Notes under the pieces: generated by a model
What the model saw: the letters and a program-made list of their open reading frames with translations, nothing else
What the model was told of the DNA's origin: nothing
Databases searched by the model: none
Shown: positions 9,375 through 19,220 of the stretch, piece after piece
How positions within the stretch are numbered: position 1 is the stretch's first letter
How the letters are laid out: each line of letters starts with the position of its first letter
Made by a program: the position numbers and the translations under genes
IMG/VR virus record: IMGVR_UViG_3300029610_000357
Location: 52,285-116,284 of that record
Length of the DNA stretch: 64,000 nt
Reading direction: 5' to 3' (one strand)
From: a virus
Taxonomy: Duplodnaviria; Heunggongvirae; Uroviricota; Caudoviricetes

Positions 9375-10502
9375 AATTCGGGGGATAAAACTGGGACCCA
9401 TGATCCAGTGCTTTTTGCCTCCTTGAAAGAGCATATCAACGACTTTTCGAACATCTGTTCCATAGCGAGCATATCTTTTTGACCAAAATTCTGTAGTAGA
9501 TAATTCATATACAGAAGTTAATGAATCGATTACGTCTTGAGGAGTTCCTTCTGGGAATTCTTTTAGACAACTGTAATAAGCTGTAAGATTTTTAATCAAC
9601 TCTTCCTTCTTTGACTGAGCATTTTTTAAAACTTTTGGTTTAAAAATTTGTTGAATTCTTTTCTGATAAGTATAGAATTCGTACTCTCTTAAGTAGCTGT
9701 GCTCATCTGGATAAAGATACTCAGGCTCGATCACATACTTAAAATAAAGTTTGGAAAACTCCTTATGAGATTTAAGTGCCTTTAGGAATTTTGGATAAAC
9801 TTCTGGATATAATCTCACAGTTGTAATGTCAAGATCGTGTTTTGGTATGCGGAGACTATCACATAAAGTATCTTCATAAATCTTACGTTCTTTTTCTGTG
9901 AGATCTCTGAGTGGTTCGAATGGACTGCTGCCACATACGATTCGTTTTTTCTGTCTGATGATTCCTCTATTTTCCATACTTACAAGCAGATTATAAAATC
10001 GTCCATGTGCTAAATTCTGCATACTCTCATAAGCTGTGTCGAAGTATGTACCAGGATATTTATCAAACTTATCAAGGTCGTAATCTTTCTTCTTTGCTGG
10101 AATGAGTCCAAGCACTTCACACCATTTGTTCTTATCCCAATTTTCATTGATGTGGTTGTCTAAGATATGGATGATCATCATTTCCATCATATAGTTGATT
10201 CCCATGAAAGGACTTCTAAGTTCCCAAGAGAATGGGTTCTCAATATATTCACCTTTGATCTTTGTGATTTTAATCTGACCATCTTTCTGCTTCTTTGTAC
10301 ATATGAAGTGATCAAGATTTGCTTTGTGGACTGCATAGTGACTCTTTCTGCCTTCTTTATCGATTCCAACTAATTGAAGAATGTCTGAGTACTTGTTGTA
10401 CTTGTGGCCTTCTTTCAGATTGGATAAATCGAAGAGATGTTGTTTTTCTTTCATGAACCAGAATTGTTCAGCTAAGTAATCGTTTCTTTCTTGTATCGTC
10501 AT
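9366..10502 (-). CDS. hypothetical protein
   Basis: A 378-aa ORF. AGGAGG-like bases (rc of 10503-10510) precede the start. No motif I recognise. Confidence 0.5.
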   Translation of the reverse strand: MTIQERNDYLAEQFWFMKEKQHLFDLSNLKEGHKYNKYSDILQLVGIDKEGRKSHYAVHKANLDHFICTKKQKDGQIKITKIKGEYIENPFSWELRSPFMGINYMMEMMIIHILDNHINENWDKNKWCEVLGLIPAKKKDYDLDKFDKYPGTYFDTAYESMQNLAHGRFYNLLVSMENRGIIRQKKRIVCGSSPFEPLRDLTEKERKIYEDTLCDSLRIPKHDLDITTVRLYPEVYPKFLKALKSHKEFSKLYFKYVIEPEYLYPDEHSYLREYEFYTYQKRIQQIFKPKVLKNAQSKKEELIKNLTAYYSCLKEFPEGTPQDVIDSLTSVYELSTTEFWSKRYARYGTDVRKVVDMLFQGGKKHWIMGPSFIPRIGS

Positions 10503-11329
10503 TTTTGACCTCCTTTTTGCTGTTTCTTTTTGTTAATTCAATGAAAAAATGCATTTGTCTGAGTAATGACACTTTTCTTTCGATAAATTCACATTACCAC
10601 AGATGTAGAGTAAAATCAATAGTTTTCTGAAGAAAAAATAAAATTGTGCGAGCAATGACACTTTTTATTTCATTTAAGTACGTTTAAGGAGGCTTAGACT
10701 GGGATTTTTATGTCAAGTGTTTTTTGGAAATTTCTTAAAATAGTGCTTTCTTTGGCTGTTTTACTTGGTTTGTTCTGGATTTTTCTTTGACTTGTTGTAC
10801 TTAGATGGGTAGAAATATGGCTGTTTTATGCGATTGTACAAAAATAAAATAAATTAATTCTTTATATGCTAAAGTATTGACTTTTGAAAAATCAAGTGTT
10901 TTTTGAAAGAAATTTAAAAAAATTTTTACCGTGTGGAATTCTCAGAGAAGGGGTTTGCATTTATATAAGAAGAGCTTGGTTTTTGAAAAAATTTCAGAGA
11001 GATGGGTTTATAGCAGAACAGGTGTTCTATATTTTAGAGTGTGTTAAGAGGTGCGTTTCTGGGGAAAGTTTTTATGAGGGGGAGGGGTGTATGTGGGGGT
11101 GTTTGGAAAGAAATGTTGGGGATGTTTTTAGGGGGTTTTGAGGGGGTTAAATGGCGTAGATGTGGGGTGGAGAAACGTCTGGCTGAACTTGTGGTATAGA
11201 ATTACCAGCTATACAAATATCAGCAAAACTGCGATTTAAAAATAGTTTTAAGTAGCCCCCTAAACACTTGTAAAAGTCCGTAAATAACTATTTACTTGCG
11301 TTTTTGATCAGAAATAGATAGTCAAAAAA

Positions 11330-11356
11330 GCACGTATTTATGCGGGTTTGAGACCG
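11330..11356. repeat. 27-nt motif GCACGTATTTATGCGGGTTTGAGACCG (copy 2)
   Basis: It matches copy 1 at about 22 of 27 positions. Confidence 0.5.
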
Positions 11357-12232
11357 TTTGAAAAGATTTTTAAAAATAATTTTTTTAGGGTATTGCAATA
11401 TTTTCGTGGGCATGGTCTTATACAGTTGTTCAAACGAACAGGGAACTTGATAAAACAACAACCGGCAAGGGTTGTAAAACGTGCTTGCCAATATTTCAAC
11501 ATAAAAAGGGGGTAGCCCTACCCCTGTATAAAAATTGGGCGTGTACCTTGATAACTGAATAAGTCTGAATCCGTTCGGCAAGTCTCCGAACAGGTTCAAA
11601 AAATCAGTTTCTTTGGAAACTGAACGACAGGCTAAAACTCTGCCCTGTTACTCATTCGTGACAGGCAGACAAGTAAACCTTTGACTTATTGCCTGTACCC
11701 AATGTCACACGAACGTGGTACAGGATTTATAAGAAGTCGTTGCAAGTCCAAAGAAGTGTAGCAGATTTTTTGAATCGGTTCGCAAAAATACAGGTAGTGA
11801 CAGCCTGTAGACAAACTACCAAACAGACGAAAGACTTCCTAAACGATATATTTTATATTGCTTAGTATAGTCGATATGACAGGGTGTCAAACATTGACGG
11901 TTGACCCAAAACACGTTCACATACTATAAGTCCCTGTGGTGGTGGGGTCCTGTCTTTCAAGTGTTTGAGAAGCGTTGTTGTTGACACTATAACAGAGTAC
12001 CGCCCACGGTAGAAAGTTCTAACAGGCACGACAACGGCTCTCATTCGAGCTGGGTATATTGTGCATTGAATACTACTACTTATCTAGTTCAACGGTAGGA
12101 GACTAGACTCTGTGAAATAATAGGCTATGACAGGTGCAACCCCTGTATAGTATCGAGTGAGTGCATGAACACTTGCGAGCGGTCAAAAGTCCCTTTAGGG
12201 ATAATATTAGAACTCTGTGAGTTCATTAGAAT

Positions 12233-12247
12233 ACACCTAACAGGTGT
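12233..12247. promoter_or_regulatory. perfect palindrome ACACCTAACAGGTGT, an operator-like site upstream of the first plus-strand gene
   Basis: The palindrome is flanked by direct repeats TGAGTTCATTAG (12218) and TGAGTTCATAGG (12255). It sits 80 nt upstream of the ATG at 12328. Confidence 0.35.
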
Positions 12248-12327
12248 GGTCTAATGAGTTCATAGGAACTCAATGCAACAAATACATATTTTTTAGGGTA
12301 CGACTGTATCCGGAATAGGAGTTTATC

Positions 12328-13305
12328 ATGAGTAGAAAATCAACAAAAACAACAACAGTAGCAAACATTACACTACCAGTCCGTAAAATGGACTTCACAG
12401 AAGCAACTAAAGAATTCCGTACTCTTTGTCGCAATTTCTACACAGATTTTGAGAAAGTCGCAGAGAACAGGGAAGCTCTACGAGCAGAGAAAACAGAGTG
12501 TGAAGAACACTTTGACACTCGAGTAAACAATGCTTTTGACGTATCCGAACCTGTGGATACAGACAAAGAATTACCAGCGGAGTATGCAGACCTTAGGAAT
12601 ATTCTAGAAAAATATTCTGTAATACAGGCTACAGGTCTGCTTTCTAAGGAAGATAATGACTATCTTTCTGCACTTTGCGATAAGTGGAAAAAAGCTGACG
12701 CAAAGATTAGAAACTTAAAAAATCCAGTGCCTGAGAAGTCTCTAGTTGTAGATGCAATCTATGACCTATACAAGGGATGCTCTACAGATATGAGTGAAAA
12801 CCGTGACGGCTACGCTCGTAAAGTCAAGGGGTTCTTTGAATCTAAAGGCATGACACTAACTTCTTATGGTTGGGATGTGTTCAATGCTTCCATTGGGTTC
12901 AATGTGAATAATGACAAAAACTTCTTAGAGACAGGTAAGTTCTTCAACCCTATCAAAAAGAGCAAGTTTGTAGAAAGATTCTATATGTTCTTCTGTGAGG
13001 GGTTTGTAAGTGCAGATTGCTTCCCTAAGACTAAGAAAGCACGTCATGTAGATGCAGAAGAACAGGCACCAGTGGCACCTCAGAAAGTTGAAACACCTGA
13101 GGAAGTACATGAAAAGTGTGCAGACGCTCGTGCTGAAATCTCAGCTCAGAAACTGGGTACAACTGAGTCCAAACCAATGGACAAAATGACAGTGGCAGAG
13201 TTACGTACTTTCATTAAGAAACATGATACAACTGCCAAAGTATCTAAGTTGAAAAAAGCTGACTTAGTAGCTATGGCTACAAAGTTCACAAATGTAGCAG
13301 CTTAA
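12328..13305 (+). CDS. hypothetical Lys/Glu-rich protein with C-terminal SAP/Rho-N-like helix-hairpin (AELRTFIKKHDTTAKVSKLKKADLVAMA)
   Basis: The start is preceded by AGGAG. The C-terminal 35 aa resemble a SAP/Rho_N DNA or RNA-binding motif. Confidence 0.5.
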   Translation: MSRKSTKTTTVANITLPVRKMDFTEATKEFRTLCRNFYTDFEKVAENREALRAEKTECEEHFDTRVNNAFDVSEPVDTDKELPAEYADLRNILEKYSVIQATGLLSKEDNDYLSALCDKWKKADAKIRNLKNPVPEKSLVVDAIYDLYKGCSTDMSENRDGYARKVKGFFESKGMTLTSYGWDVFNASIGFNVNNDKNFLETGKFFNPIKKSKFVERFYMFFCEGFVSADCFPKTKKARHVDAEEQAPVAPQKVETPEEVHEKCADARAEISAQKLGTTESKPMDKMTVAELRTFIKKHDTTAKVSKLKKADLVAMATKFTNVAA

Positions 13306-13466
13306 TCTTACACAAATAAATACCCATAGTGGGTATTTGTATAAGCCTGAGTGGGTACTCACTTCCAACACCTCCGAAGTGAGTACGTCACAGGGTTCGA
13401 CTCCCTGTACAGGTTATAACTATCAATTTTGAATTGGGTACGATTGTGCCCAGAAAGGGGTATACC

Positions 13467-13763
13467 ATGATGTATACAAACAATTCAACAAATGACACGA
13501 TGCACGAAAACTACGTCAACAGCTTACAGGCAGATATTGACAAGCTCAAAGCAACTCTGCCAACAATTACAGACACCTATAAAAAAGACCAATGTATTAA
13601 ATACATTAAGGCTTTACAGGAAGAGAAACAGGAATGTAAATACGAAACCTGTGCACTCTGTGGTGGAATCTGTGACCGTTGTTACTACACAGAAGCCTGT
13701 GAACGCTACAATGGAACAGGAACGGAAACACCAGTAGTCCGCAATGGGTTTGTAATTGGATAA
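13467..13763 (+). CDS. small Cys-rich protein
   Basis: The translation contains CKYETCALCGGICDRCYYTEAC. AAAGGGG precedes the ATG. Confidence 0.4.
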   Translation: MMYTNNSTNDTMHENYVNSLQADIDKLKATLPTITDTYKKDQCIKYIKALQEEKQECKYETCALCGGICDRCYYTEACERYNGTGTETPVVRNGFVIG

Positions 13764-13775
13764 GGGGGTATAACC

Positions 13776-14078
13776 ATGAGTAAGAAAGTTAAAGTAGCTG
13801 TCTGTAAAGGCAGACACGAAATCCCACAGGCAATAGATGGGGCAATCTTTGAACAGACAATAACGGAAATGGATCCATTTAGTCTGTTATTAGAAGCATC
13901 AAAGAGATTGTTCTCTGACTTTGCTTTACGTAGTGGAGATAGAGTAGACCTGTATGTAACAGGTCTAACAATGGCGACTCTAGCCATAGTAAATGCTTGT
14001 CTTTCGACAGGCATAAGGATTGTATGCTATCACTATGATAGAGAAACAGGGAAATATATCCCACAGCCTATGCTGTAA
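13776..14078 (+). CDS. hypothetical protein
   Basis: A 100-aa ORF with an AAGGGGG ribosome-binding site, followed by a terminator. Confidence 0.45.
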   Translation: MSKKVKVAVCKGRHEIPQAIDGAIFEQTITEMDPFSLLLEASKRLFSDFALRSGDRVDLYVTGLTMATLAIVNACLSTGIRIVCYHYDRETGKYIPQPML

Positions 14079-14103
14079 GACAAACTAAAACAGAAACCAA
14101 AAA

Positions 14104-14138
14104 AGCACGGAAGATAAAATAATTCCGTGCTTTTTCTA
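14104..14138 (+). terminator. rho-independent terminator
   Basis: The stem AGCACGGAA/TTCCGTGCT is followed by TTTTTCT. Confidence 0.6.
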
Positions 14139-14160
14139 TGCTTAAAGAAAGGAAATCAAA

Positions 14161-14448
14161 ATGAAAAAAATCAAAGCATTTTTAAAAGACAGAACAATAG
14201 AAATCATTGGATGCTCTCTAATGATTGTAGCAGTAGTTGGTTGTTATTTAATTGGGCCAAACACTCGCACAATCACAGGCACATACAACAACGGAACCAT
14301 CACGACCAAAGATGGAAACGTATGGAAAGTGTCTAATCACAACGGAATCAGCACAAACAAATCTGTTAAAGTATCTGTCAAGTTTGATACAAAAGGAACT
14401 GACAGCGTACTTGATGACGAAATTGTAGAAATCACAGAAATCAGATAG
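14161..14448 (+). CDS. small membrane-anchored protein
   Basis: A single N-terminal transmembrane helix (IIGCSLMIVAVVGCYLIG). AGGAAA precedes the start. Confidence 0.45.
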   Translation: MKKIKAFLKDRTIEIIGCSLMIVAVVGCYLIGPNTRTITGTYNNGTITTKDGNVWKVSNHNGISTNKSVKVSVKFDTKGTDSVLDDEIVEITEIR

Positions 14449-14468
14449 AAAAGAAAGGAAAAACAATC

Positions 14469-14948
14469 ATGAAAAAATATACAGCAACATCACAGGCAAT
14501 TAACTATGCAACAAAACACTTGTTAGACAGACCAGGGACATGGGCATCTGCGGAAACTGGAAAGATGGTAACTCGTTGGGATGATGAGCTTAAGTTTGAA
14601 TGTGAGTCAGATAAAGGAGTATTCTACACCGACAATATCATGGAAGCTGTAGGTTGGCTGTACGCAGAGCAAGACCCATATAAAGAAGAAAGCAAACCAG
14701 AATCAGAAGTAAAATTCACAACAGAAGCGAGTGTACAGGTTACAGATGAGTACATTGAGAAAGCGAAAAGGGAAGCCAAAAGAGAAATCTTGGAACATTT
14801 ACAGGCTCATTTAGATGTAATGGCACAGCAGTCTTGGGAACTTTACATAGACGAAGGTGTAGAACAAGGGAATGATATGCACTTAGGAGAGCAGAGAGCC
14901 TTTGCAATGACGCTCGCACAGGTAAACACAATTCTTAAAAACTTATAG
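14469..14948 (+). CDS. hypothetical protein
   Basis: A 159-aa ORF preceded by AAAGGAAA. Confidence 0.45.
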   Translation: MKKYTATSQAINYATKHLLDRPGTWASAETGKMVTRWDDELKFECESDKGVFYTDNIMEAVGWLYAEQDPYKEESKPESEVKFTTEASVQVTDEYIEKAKREAKREILEHLQAHLDVMAQQSWELYIDEGVEQGNDMHLGEQRAFAMTLAQVNTILKNL

Positions 14949-14965
14949 GAAAGGAAACTAAGACC

Positions 14966-15517
14966 ATGAGAACAAAAAGAGAATTAATGACAGAAATTTT
15001 AGAAACAGCTGTAATCGAATCTGTAAAATCAGATTGTGAAGTTGTCCATTACGATGTAGAAGTACACGGGGAGATGCACAGATTACAAGTAATTACAGGT
15101 CAATTTTTTGTTGAGTTTCATCATCTGGAAGATGGAGAGTATAACTACAATTGTCCACACTTAGTCTATACTTTCGATCCATGGGAAATCGAAGAAGCGT
15201 TGGATACTTTCTTTATGATGGATGGAGAAACAGGAGAACTTCATGTTGACGAAAGCAAAATCGAACTTGGTATTGACTCTGATTTTACACCAGAAGCGAA
15301 ACCAGAAATCACACGAGAAGATATCGAGGAAGCGAAAAGAGAAGCACAAATTGAGATGCTTCATCGTATTAAAACCTATAGCCTTTCTGTAAGTTTTGAA
15401 AACGCAAAGAACCTCAACAAAACAGGGAACTGCTTTTATGATGGTAAAATAGAAGCATATAAAGACATTAATGAAATGTGTGAAGCTTTGCTATACCGAT
15501 TAGGAGAAGAAGATTAA
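14966..15517 (+). CDS. hypothetical acidic protein
   Basis: A 183-aa ORF preceded by AGGAAA. Confidence 0.45.
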   Translation: MRTKRELMTEILETAVIESVKSDCEVVHYDVEVHGEMHRLQVITGQFFVEFHHLEDGEYNYNCPHLVYTFDPWEIEEALDTFFMMDGETGELHVDESKIELGIDSDFTPEAKPEITREDIEEAKREAQIEMLHRIKTYSLSVSFENAKNLNKTGNCFYDGKIEAYKDINEMCEALLYRLGEED

Positions 15518-15593
15518 AGCAAATCAATACATAGAGGGGTAGTGATTTGATATATATCTAGTACAAATTATATATATTTGTAGCTAGAAAATC

Positions 15594-15634
15594 AGCCTTA
15601 GATAGCCAGTAAAGGAAATCTAAGGCTTTTTTTG
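15594..15634 (+). terminator. rho-independent terminator
   Basis: The 10-bp stem AGCCTTAGAT/ATCTAAGGCT is followed by TTTTTTT. Confidence 0.7.
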
Positions 15635-15685
15635 TATCTATAAATATATTAATTCTTGTGGATGCACAAGAGAAAGGAAGAGCCT

Positions 15686-15958
15686 ATGGGATTAACAAAA
15701 AAAGAAATCTGTGAACGCTCAGAAACCATTGCATATTACAGTGGTTTATGTGGCGTAGAAGTGAAACAAATTACTTATGGAATTGAAGACTACATGTACT
15801 GTGAGTCTGGAGCTTGGGGTGGTGGTAAGAGCTATCACAAACTGAAAATCCAGACAGACATCAAAGGAAATATGTTCGTTAAATTACACGGGTATAGACT
15901 ATTCTTAGATGAATTCATTCGTACAGGAAAGGAACAGACAAAGCTATGGGAACAATAA
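15686..15958 (+). CDS. hypothetical protein
   Basis: The internal Met, preceded by AAAGGAAGAG, is a better start than the listed 15656. Confidence 0.4.
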   Translation: MGLTKKEICERSETIAYYSGLCGVEVKQITYGIEDYMYCESGAWGGGKSYHKLKIQTDIKGNMFVKLHGYRLFLDEFIRTGKEQTKLWEQ

Positions 15959-16233
15959 CATCTTTAACATTGTTTGAACAACAATGTATGGAACAAAAGA
16001 TATTCAAACTGAAAACACTAAAAGATTTTGGTCATGCAACTTACAAAGGATTTACACTTCGCAATGGTTATAGATACGGAATCACAGAGGAAGACGGAAT
16101 CCATGTTGCGACTTCAAACTGGCAGCAAGGGAATTTCATTTACATGTACTTCTACAATGAATTAACAAACCAGTGGGAAGGATTGTGGATTGACTTAGAA
16201 GACGTAGAAATTGTGGAAGAGAAAGGAAATTAA
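15946..16233 (+). CDS. hypothetical protein
   Basis: A 95-aa ORF that overlaps both neighbours (translational coupling). Confidence 0.4.
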   Translation: MGTITSLTLFEQQCMEQKIFKLKTLKDFGHATYKGFTLRNGYRYGITEEDGIHVATSNWQQGNFIYMYFYNELTNQWEGLWIDLEDVEIVEEKGN

Positions 16234-16234
16234 G

Positions 16235-16675
16235 ATGGAAATTATAATTATTGCAAGTGCACTTTTTGGGATTATGACCGGATGGGTGTTAGGATACTCA
16301 ATTAAAGAAGCTGAGGTAAAAGATACAAAGAACTTAGTCGATAATCTGAACAAGTTAACCAGCAAAATAACCGAAGTCGAAAAGGAACTGGCAGAAACCA
16401 AAAAGGAAAGAGATTACGAAAAAAGCATGAACATTCATTGGTTCAATGAATATGAAAGAATACGAGAAAAACATTATAGAGAAATGTCAAAACTCCGCCA
16501 GCAAACGGACTTTTTCGCAGCTGATGGAATAGACAAGTTTGTGGAAATGCGAAAACTAAAAAGCAAATGTTCAGAAGCTGTCAAGTATGCTATGAAAATG
16601 TCTCATCCAGACAACAATGGAAACGCCGAAGACTTTATGAAGTTCAGAAAGCTTTATAAAGAAATAACAGAATAG
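16235..16675 (+). CDS. membrane-anchored J-domain (HPD motif) protein
   Basis: There is an N-terminal transmembrane helix, then a coiled coil. The C-terminus AVKYAMKMSHPDNNGNAEDFMKFRKLYKEI matches J-domain helix II, the HPD loop and helix III. A paralog lies at 40360. Confidence 0.55.
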   Translation: MEIIIIASALFGIMTGWVLGYSIKEAEVKDTKNLVDNLNKLTSKITEVEKELAETKKERDYEKSMNIHWFNEYERIREKHYREMSKLRQQTDFFAADGIDKFVEMRKLKSKCSEAVKYAMKMSHPDNNGNAEDFMKFRKLYKEITE

Positions 16676-16678
16676 GAA

Positions 16679-16984
16679 GTGAAACATATGTGGGAAATTG
16701 GAGATAGAGTGGTTGTTACTAAAGCCCCAGGTAGAACAATTGTAGCTAAGCTAGGCTACAAGGGAACAGTTATTGATGTAGTAGATACAAGCGTACTTGT
16801 TGAATTTGATAAATACATTGGTGGACATAGTGGAAGTTGGAGTTCTCGTAACGGAAAGTTCGGACATTGTTATTGGCTACATCAGCTTGACGATGCAGAC
16901 ACAATTGGGGCTTATGTAGACTTTGCTTTAAGAGAAGAAGACTGTGTGTGTAAGAAAATCAAAAGAAAAAACAACTTCTACTAA
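16679..16984 (+). CDS. tail-family member 1 (SH3/KOW-like MWEIGDRV N-terminus; ends KRKNNFY-stop)
   Basis: Part of the array whose members share a C-terminal [KR][KR]KNNY[YWF] tail. Confidence 0.6.
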   Translation: MKHMWEIGDRVVVTKAPGRTIVAKLGYKGTVIDVVDTSVLVEFDKYIGGHSGSWSSRNGKFGHCYWLHQLDDADTIGAYVDFALREEDCVCKKIKRKNNFY

Positions 16985-17002
16985 AAGAAAGGCAAGGTAA
17001 AC

Positions 17003-17302
17003 ATGAGAGAACTTAAACTTGAAGATTGTAAAGTTGGGATGACTCTTAAGCTAAAGGAAGATTGTCCTTTTAGAAAGTATTGGGAAATAGATCCTAAGGA
17101 ACCGGTAAAGTGCATTGTCGTAGCAATGAACAGGAGTCGAAAAGATAACATTTTTGTAGATATCTACTATGAACATGAGCGAAAATGTACCCCAAAGAAT
17201 TGGTATTTCTATACAGAGGATTCATTAATAGACACTAACGATGATGAACTAATCTCAAAAAACTTAGAGTATCCGAACAAGCGAAAGAACAATTATTACT
17301 AA
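17003..17302 (+). CDS. tail-family member 2 (EDCKVG type; ends KRKNNYY)
   Basis: Carries the conserved tail. Its stop overlaps the next gene's ribosome-binding site. Confidence 0.6.
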   Translation: MRELKLEDCKVGMTLKLKEDCPFRKYWEIDPKEPVKCIVVAMNRSRKDNIFVDIYYEHERKCTPKNWYFYTEDSLIDTNDDELISKNLEYPNKRKNNYY

Positions 17303-17312
17303 GAGGTGTAAT

Positions 17313-17639
17313 ATGCAGAAAGAAAGAGAAATTCAATTTGAAGATTGTCATATTGGCGATGTTTTTAAGTTAGATAGACGCTCGCCATGGGTTATGGAAT
17401 GGATAATGGAATCAAATGGATACATCCCTAGAGAAGAAATCACAGCAGAGATTGTACATATGATAAATAATGGTGACATCAAAGAAGTTGGAATAAATGT
17501 TTATATAGGTAAAGCTTCATATGATCATTATGATACTTCTTATCTCCGAGAGGGAAGTAGGTATAAGGAAGACAATCTTGAAATGAATCTTAAAATGAAA
17601 AATCGTATCAAAGCAGGAAGAAAGAACAATTATTATTAG
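17313..17639 (+). CDS. tail-family member 3 (EDCHIGDVF type; ends GRKNNYY)
   Basis: Carries the conserved tail. Confidence 0.6.
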   Translation: MQKEREIQFEDCHIGDVFKLDRRSPWVMEWIMESNGYIPREEITAEIVHMINNGDIKEVGINVYIGKASYDHYDTSYLREGSRYKEDNLEMNLKMKNRIKAGRKNNYY

Positions 17640-17649
17640 GAGTGGTTAT

Positions 17650-17958
17650 ATGAAGACAAAAGAAAGGGGAATTCGATTCGAAGATTGCCATGTTGGAGAT
17701 GTACTTAGGTTAAAAACAAGATGTCCTTTTGTGGACTTTTACCTTACATCTGAAGGAATTCCTGTGGCAAAAGAAGATAAGGTCACCGCAACAGTAGTTC
17801 ATAAAGGAAAAAATATTCTTGATGTAATAGTACATGTAAATGGAAAAAGATGTGCACTATATTGGGATTGTTGGCTTGCAAGTCCTACGGCTTATCGTGA
17901 ACATAATCTTCACATTAATGTCGATTCAAAGATTAATCGAAAGAACAACTATTATTAG
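17650..17958 (+). CDS. tail-family member 4 (EDCHVGDVL type; ends NRKNNYY)
   Basis: Carries the conserved tail. Confidence 0.6.
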   Translation: MKTKERGIRFEDCHVGDVLRLKTRCPFVDFYLTSEGIPVAKEDKVTATVVHKGKNILDVIVHVNGKRCALYWDCWLASPTAYREHNLHINVDSKINRKNNYY

Positions 17959-17983
17959 ATATAAGAGAAAGGAAAATAAGGCT

Positions 17984-18277
17984 ATGGGATATTTTAAAGT
18001 AGGAGATAGAGTAGAAGTTATTAAAAGCCATACCGAGGATTCATGTATTGATCACTATGCTCCTGTAGGGCTTAAAGGAACTGTAGTTTATACAGAACCG
18101 AGACATTTGACAAAGCAAATAGCTGTTGAGTTTGATAAGTCTTTTAAAGAAGGACACGGTTGTGATGGAAAAGTAAGAGGTAAGCGAGGGCAGTGGTATG
18201 AATATGATCCACATTCCAATATATATTGGAAAAATTGCTTAAAAATCTTATCCAAAAAGAAAAACAACTATTACTAA
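17984..18277 (+). CDS. tail-family member 5 (YFKVGDRVEV type; ends KKKNNYY)
   Basis: The start was moved to the Met preceded by GAAAGGAAA. Carries the conserved tail. Confidence 0.55.
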   Translation: MGYFKVGDRVEVIKSHTEDSCIDHYAPVGLKGTVVYTEPRHLTKQIAVEFDKSFKEGHGCDGKVRGKRGQWYEYDPHSNIYWKNCLKILSKKKNNYY

Positions 18278-18324
18278 AGGTATTTCAAAATCAGTGGAGT
18301 GATTTTTGTTAATACATGAAGAAA

Positions 18325-18350
18325 GGCGGGATTTATTCCCGTCTTTTTTC
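18325..18350 (+). terminator. rho-independent terminator
   Basis: The stem GGCGGGA/TCCCGTC is followed by TTTTTT. Confidence 0.5.
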
Positions 18351-18370
18351 AAAACAGAAAGGAAATTAAG

Positions 18371-18766
18371 ATGAGCAAATTTAGATATTTAAATGAAGAA
18401 GAAACAAAAGTGTTATTACAGGTAACAGAATGGTTAGATAATCATTTCTTTAGTCCAGAAAATAAATTCGATGAAGAATATTTTGAGAAATACATGAGAG
18501 CAATCATTGACAACACAAGAGAAATGTACGAAGCGGTATACATTTGTGTGAACACAAAACCTGTAACTGTAATGATTTATGACTATGTGCTTGACATTAT
18601 TATTGCTGATGCACGAGTTGACAAAGAAGATAGAGAGATTGTAGAGATTGCCTTTACAACTTGGTTAATAAACATGACAGATAAACCATTTGAAAAGATT
18701 TTTGAATGGATGATTGAAGAAAGTTACAGGGGAAGAAAAGGAAGAGAGGATGAAGATAATGAATAG
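18371..18766 (+). CDS. hypothetical protein (no tail)
   Basis: A 131-aa ORF preceded by GAAAGGAAA. It interrupts the array. Confidence 0.45.
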   Translation: MSKFRYLNEEETKVLLQVTEWLDNHFFSPENKFDEEYFEKYMRAIIDNTREMYEAVYICVNTKPVTVMIYDYVLDIIIADARVDKEDREIVEIAFTTWLINMTDKPFEKIFEWMIEESYRGRKGREDEDNE

Positions 18767-18902
18767 ATTTGAAACAGTAATGAAGTTAATTTGTTGGATT
18801 GCAGCAGTGACATTGGCATGGATGCACGTTTCAATTGTTGCAGTGATTGCACTTGCATTGGTTGGAACTTTTGGAAGCGAGGTTGATTTGAGTGCAAAGT
18901 AG
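18714..18902 (+). CDS. small membrane protein (start possibly an internal Met)
   Basis: A hydrophobic helix, ICWIAAVTLAWMHVSIVAVIALALVG. Confidence 0.35.
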   Translation: MKKVTGEEKEERMKIMNRFETVMKLICWIAAVTLAWMHVSIVAVIALALVGTFGSEVDLSAK

Positions 18903-19212
18903 AGAAACGAGAAGAAAAGTACACTTTGGAGATTGTCATGTAGGCGATATTTTTAAGATAAGTTTGGATAGTCCTTGGTATGAGAAAGTAGGTCAATACC
19001 AATTTGAATTTAGTAGCGTTACTCTGTTCACCACACTAACAGTCAAAGTAGAAAAAATAAAACCAAGAGATGGAACCGTTTTAACACGCTTTTATATTGG
19101 TAATACACCAACAGAGTATAAATGGTGGTTTTTTAGAACTCCAGGGTCTGATATAGAAGCACTATCAGATAATCTTGAGTTTCTACCAAAGAGAAAGAAT
19201 AACTACTGGTAA
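18892..19212 (+). CDS. tail-family member 6 (GDCHVGDIF type; GTG start; ends KRKNNYW)
   Basis: Its N-terminus aligns with members 3 and 4. Carries the conserved tail. Confidence 0.55.
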   Translation: MQSRETRRKVHFGDCHVGDIFKISLDSPWYEKVGQYQFEFSSVTLFTTLTVKVEKIKPRDGTVLTRFYIGNTPTEYKWWFFRTPGSDIEALSDNLEFLPKRKNNYW

Positions 19213-19220
19213 AGAGAGGT

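Noticed and set aside
10884-11141. ORF track entry 10884-11141 (85 aa, Gly/Trp-rich)
   Set aside because: It lies in the G-run cluster. The translation is an artefact of the GGGG repeats, and there is no ribosome-binding site.
11288-11599. Minus ORF 11288-11599 covering the second TTTATGCGGGTTT motif
   Set aside because: It has no ribosome-binding site, and its low-complexity translation overlaps a repeated non-coding motif.
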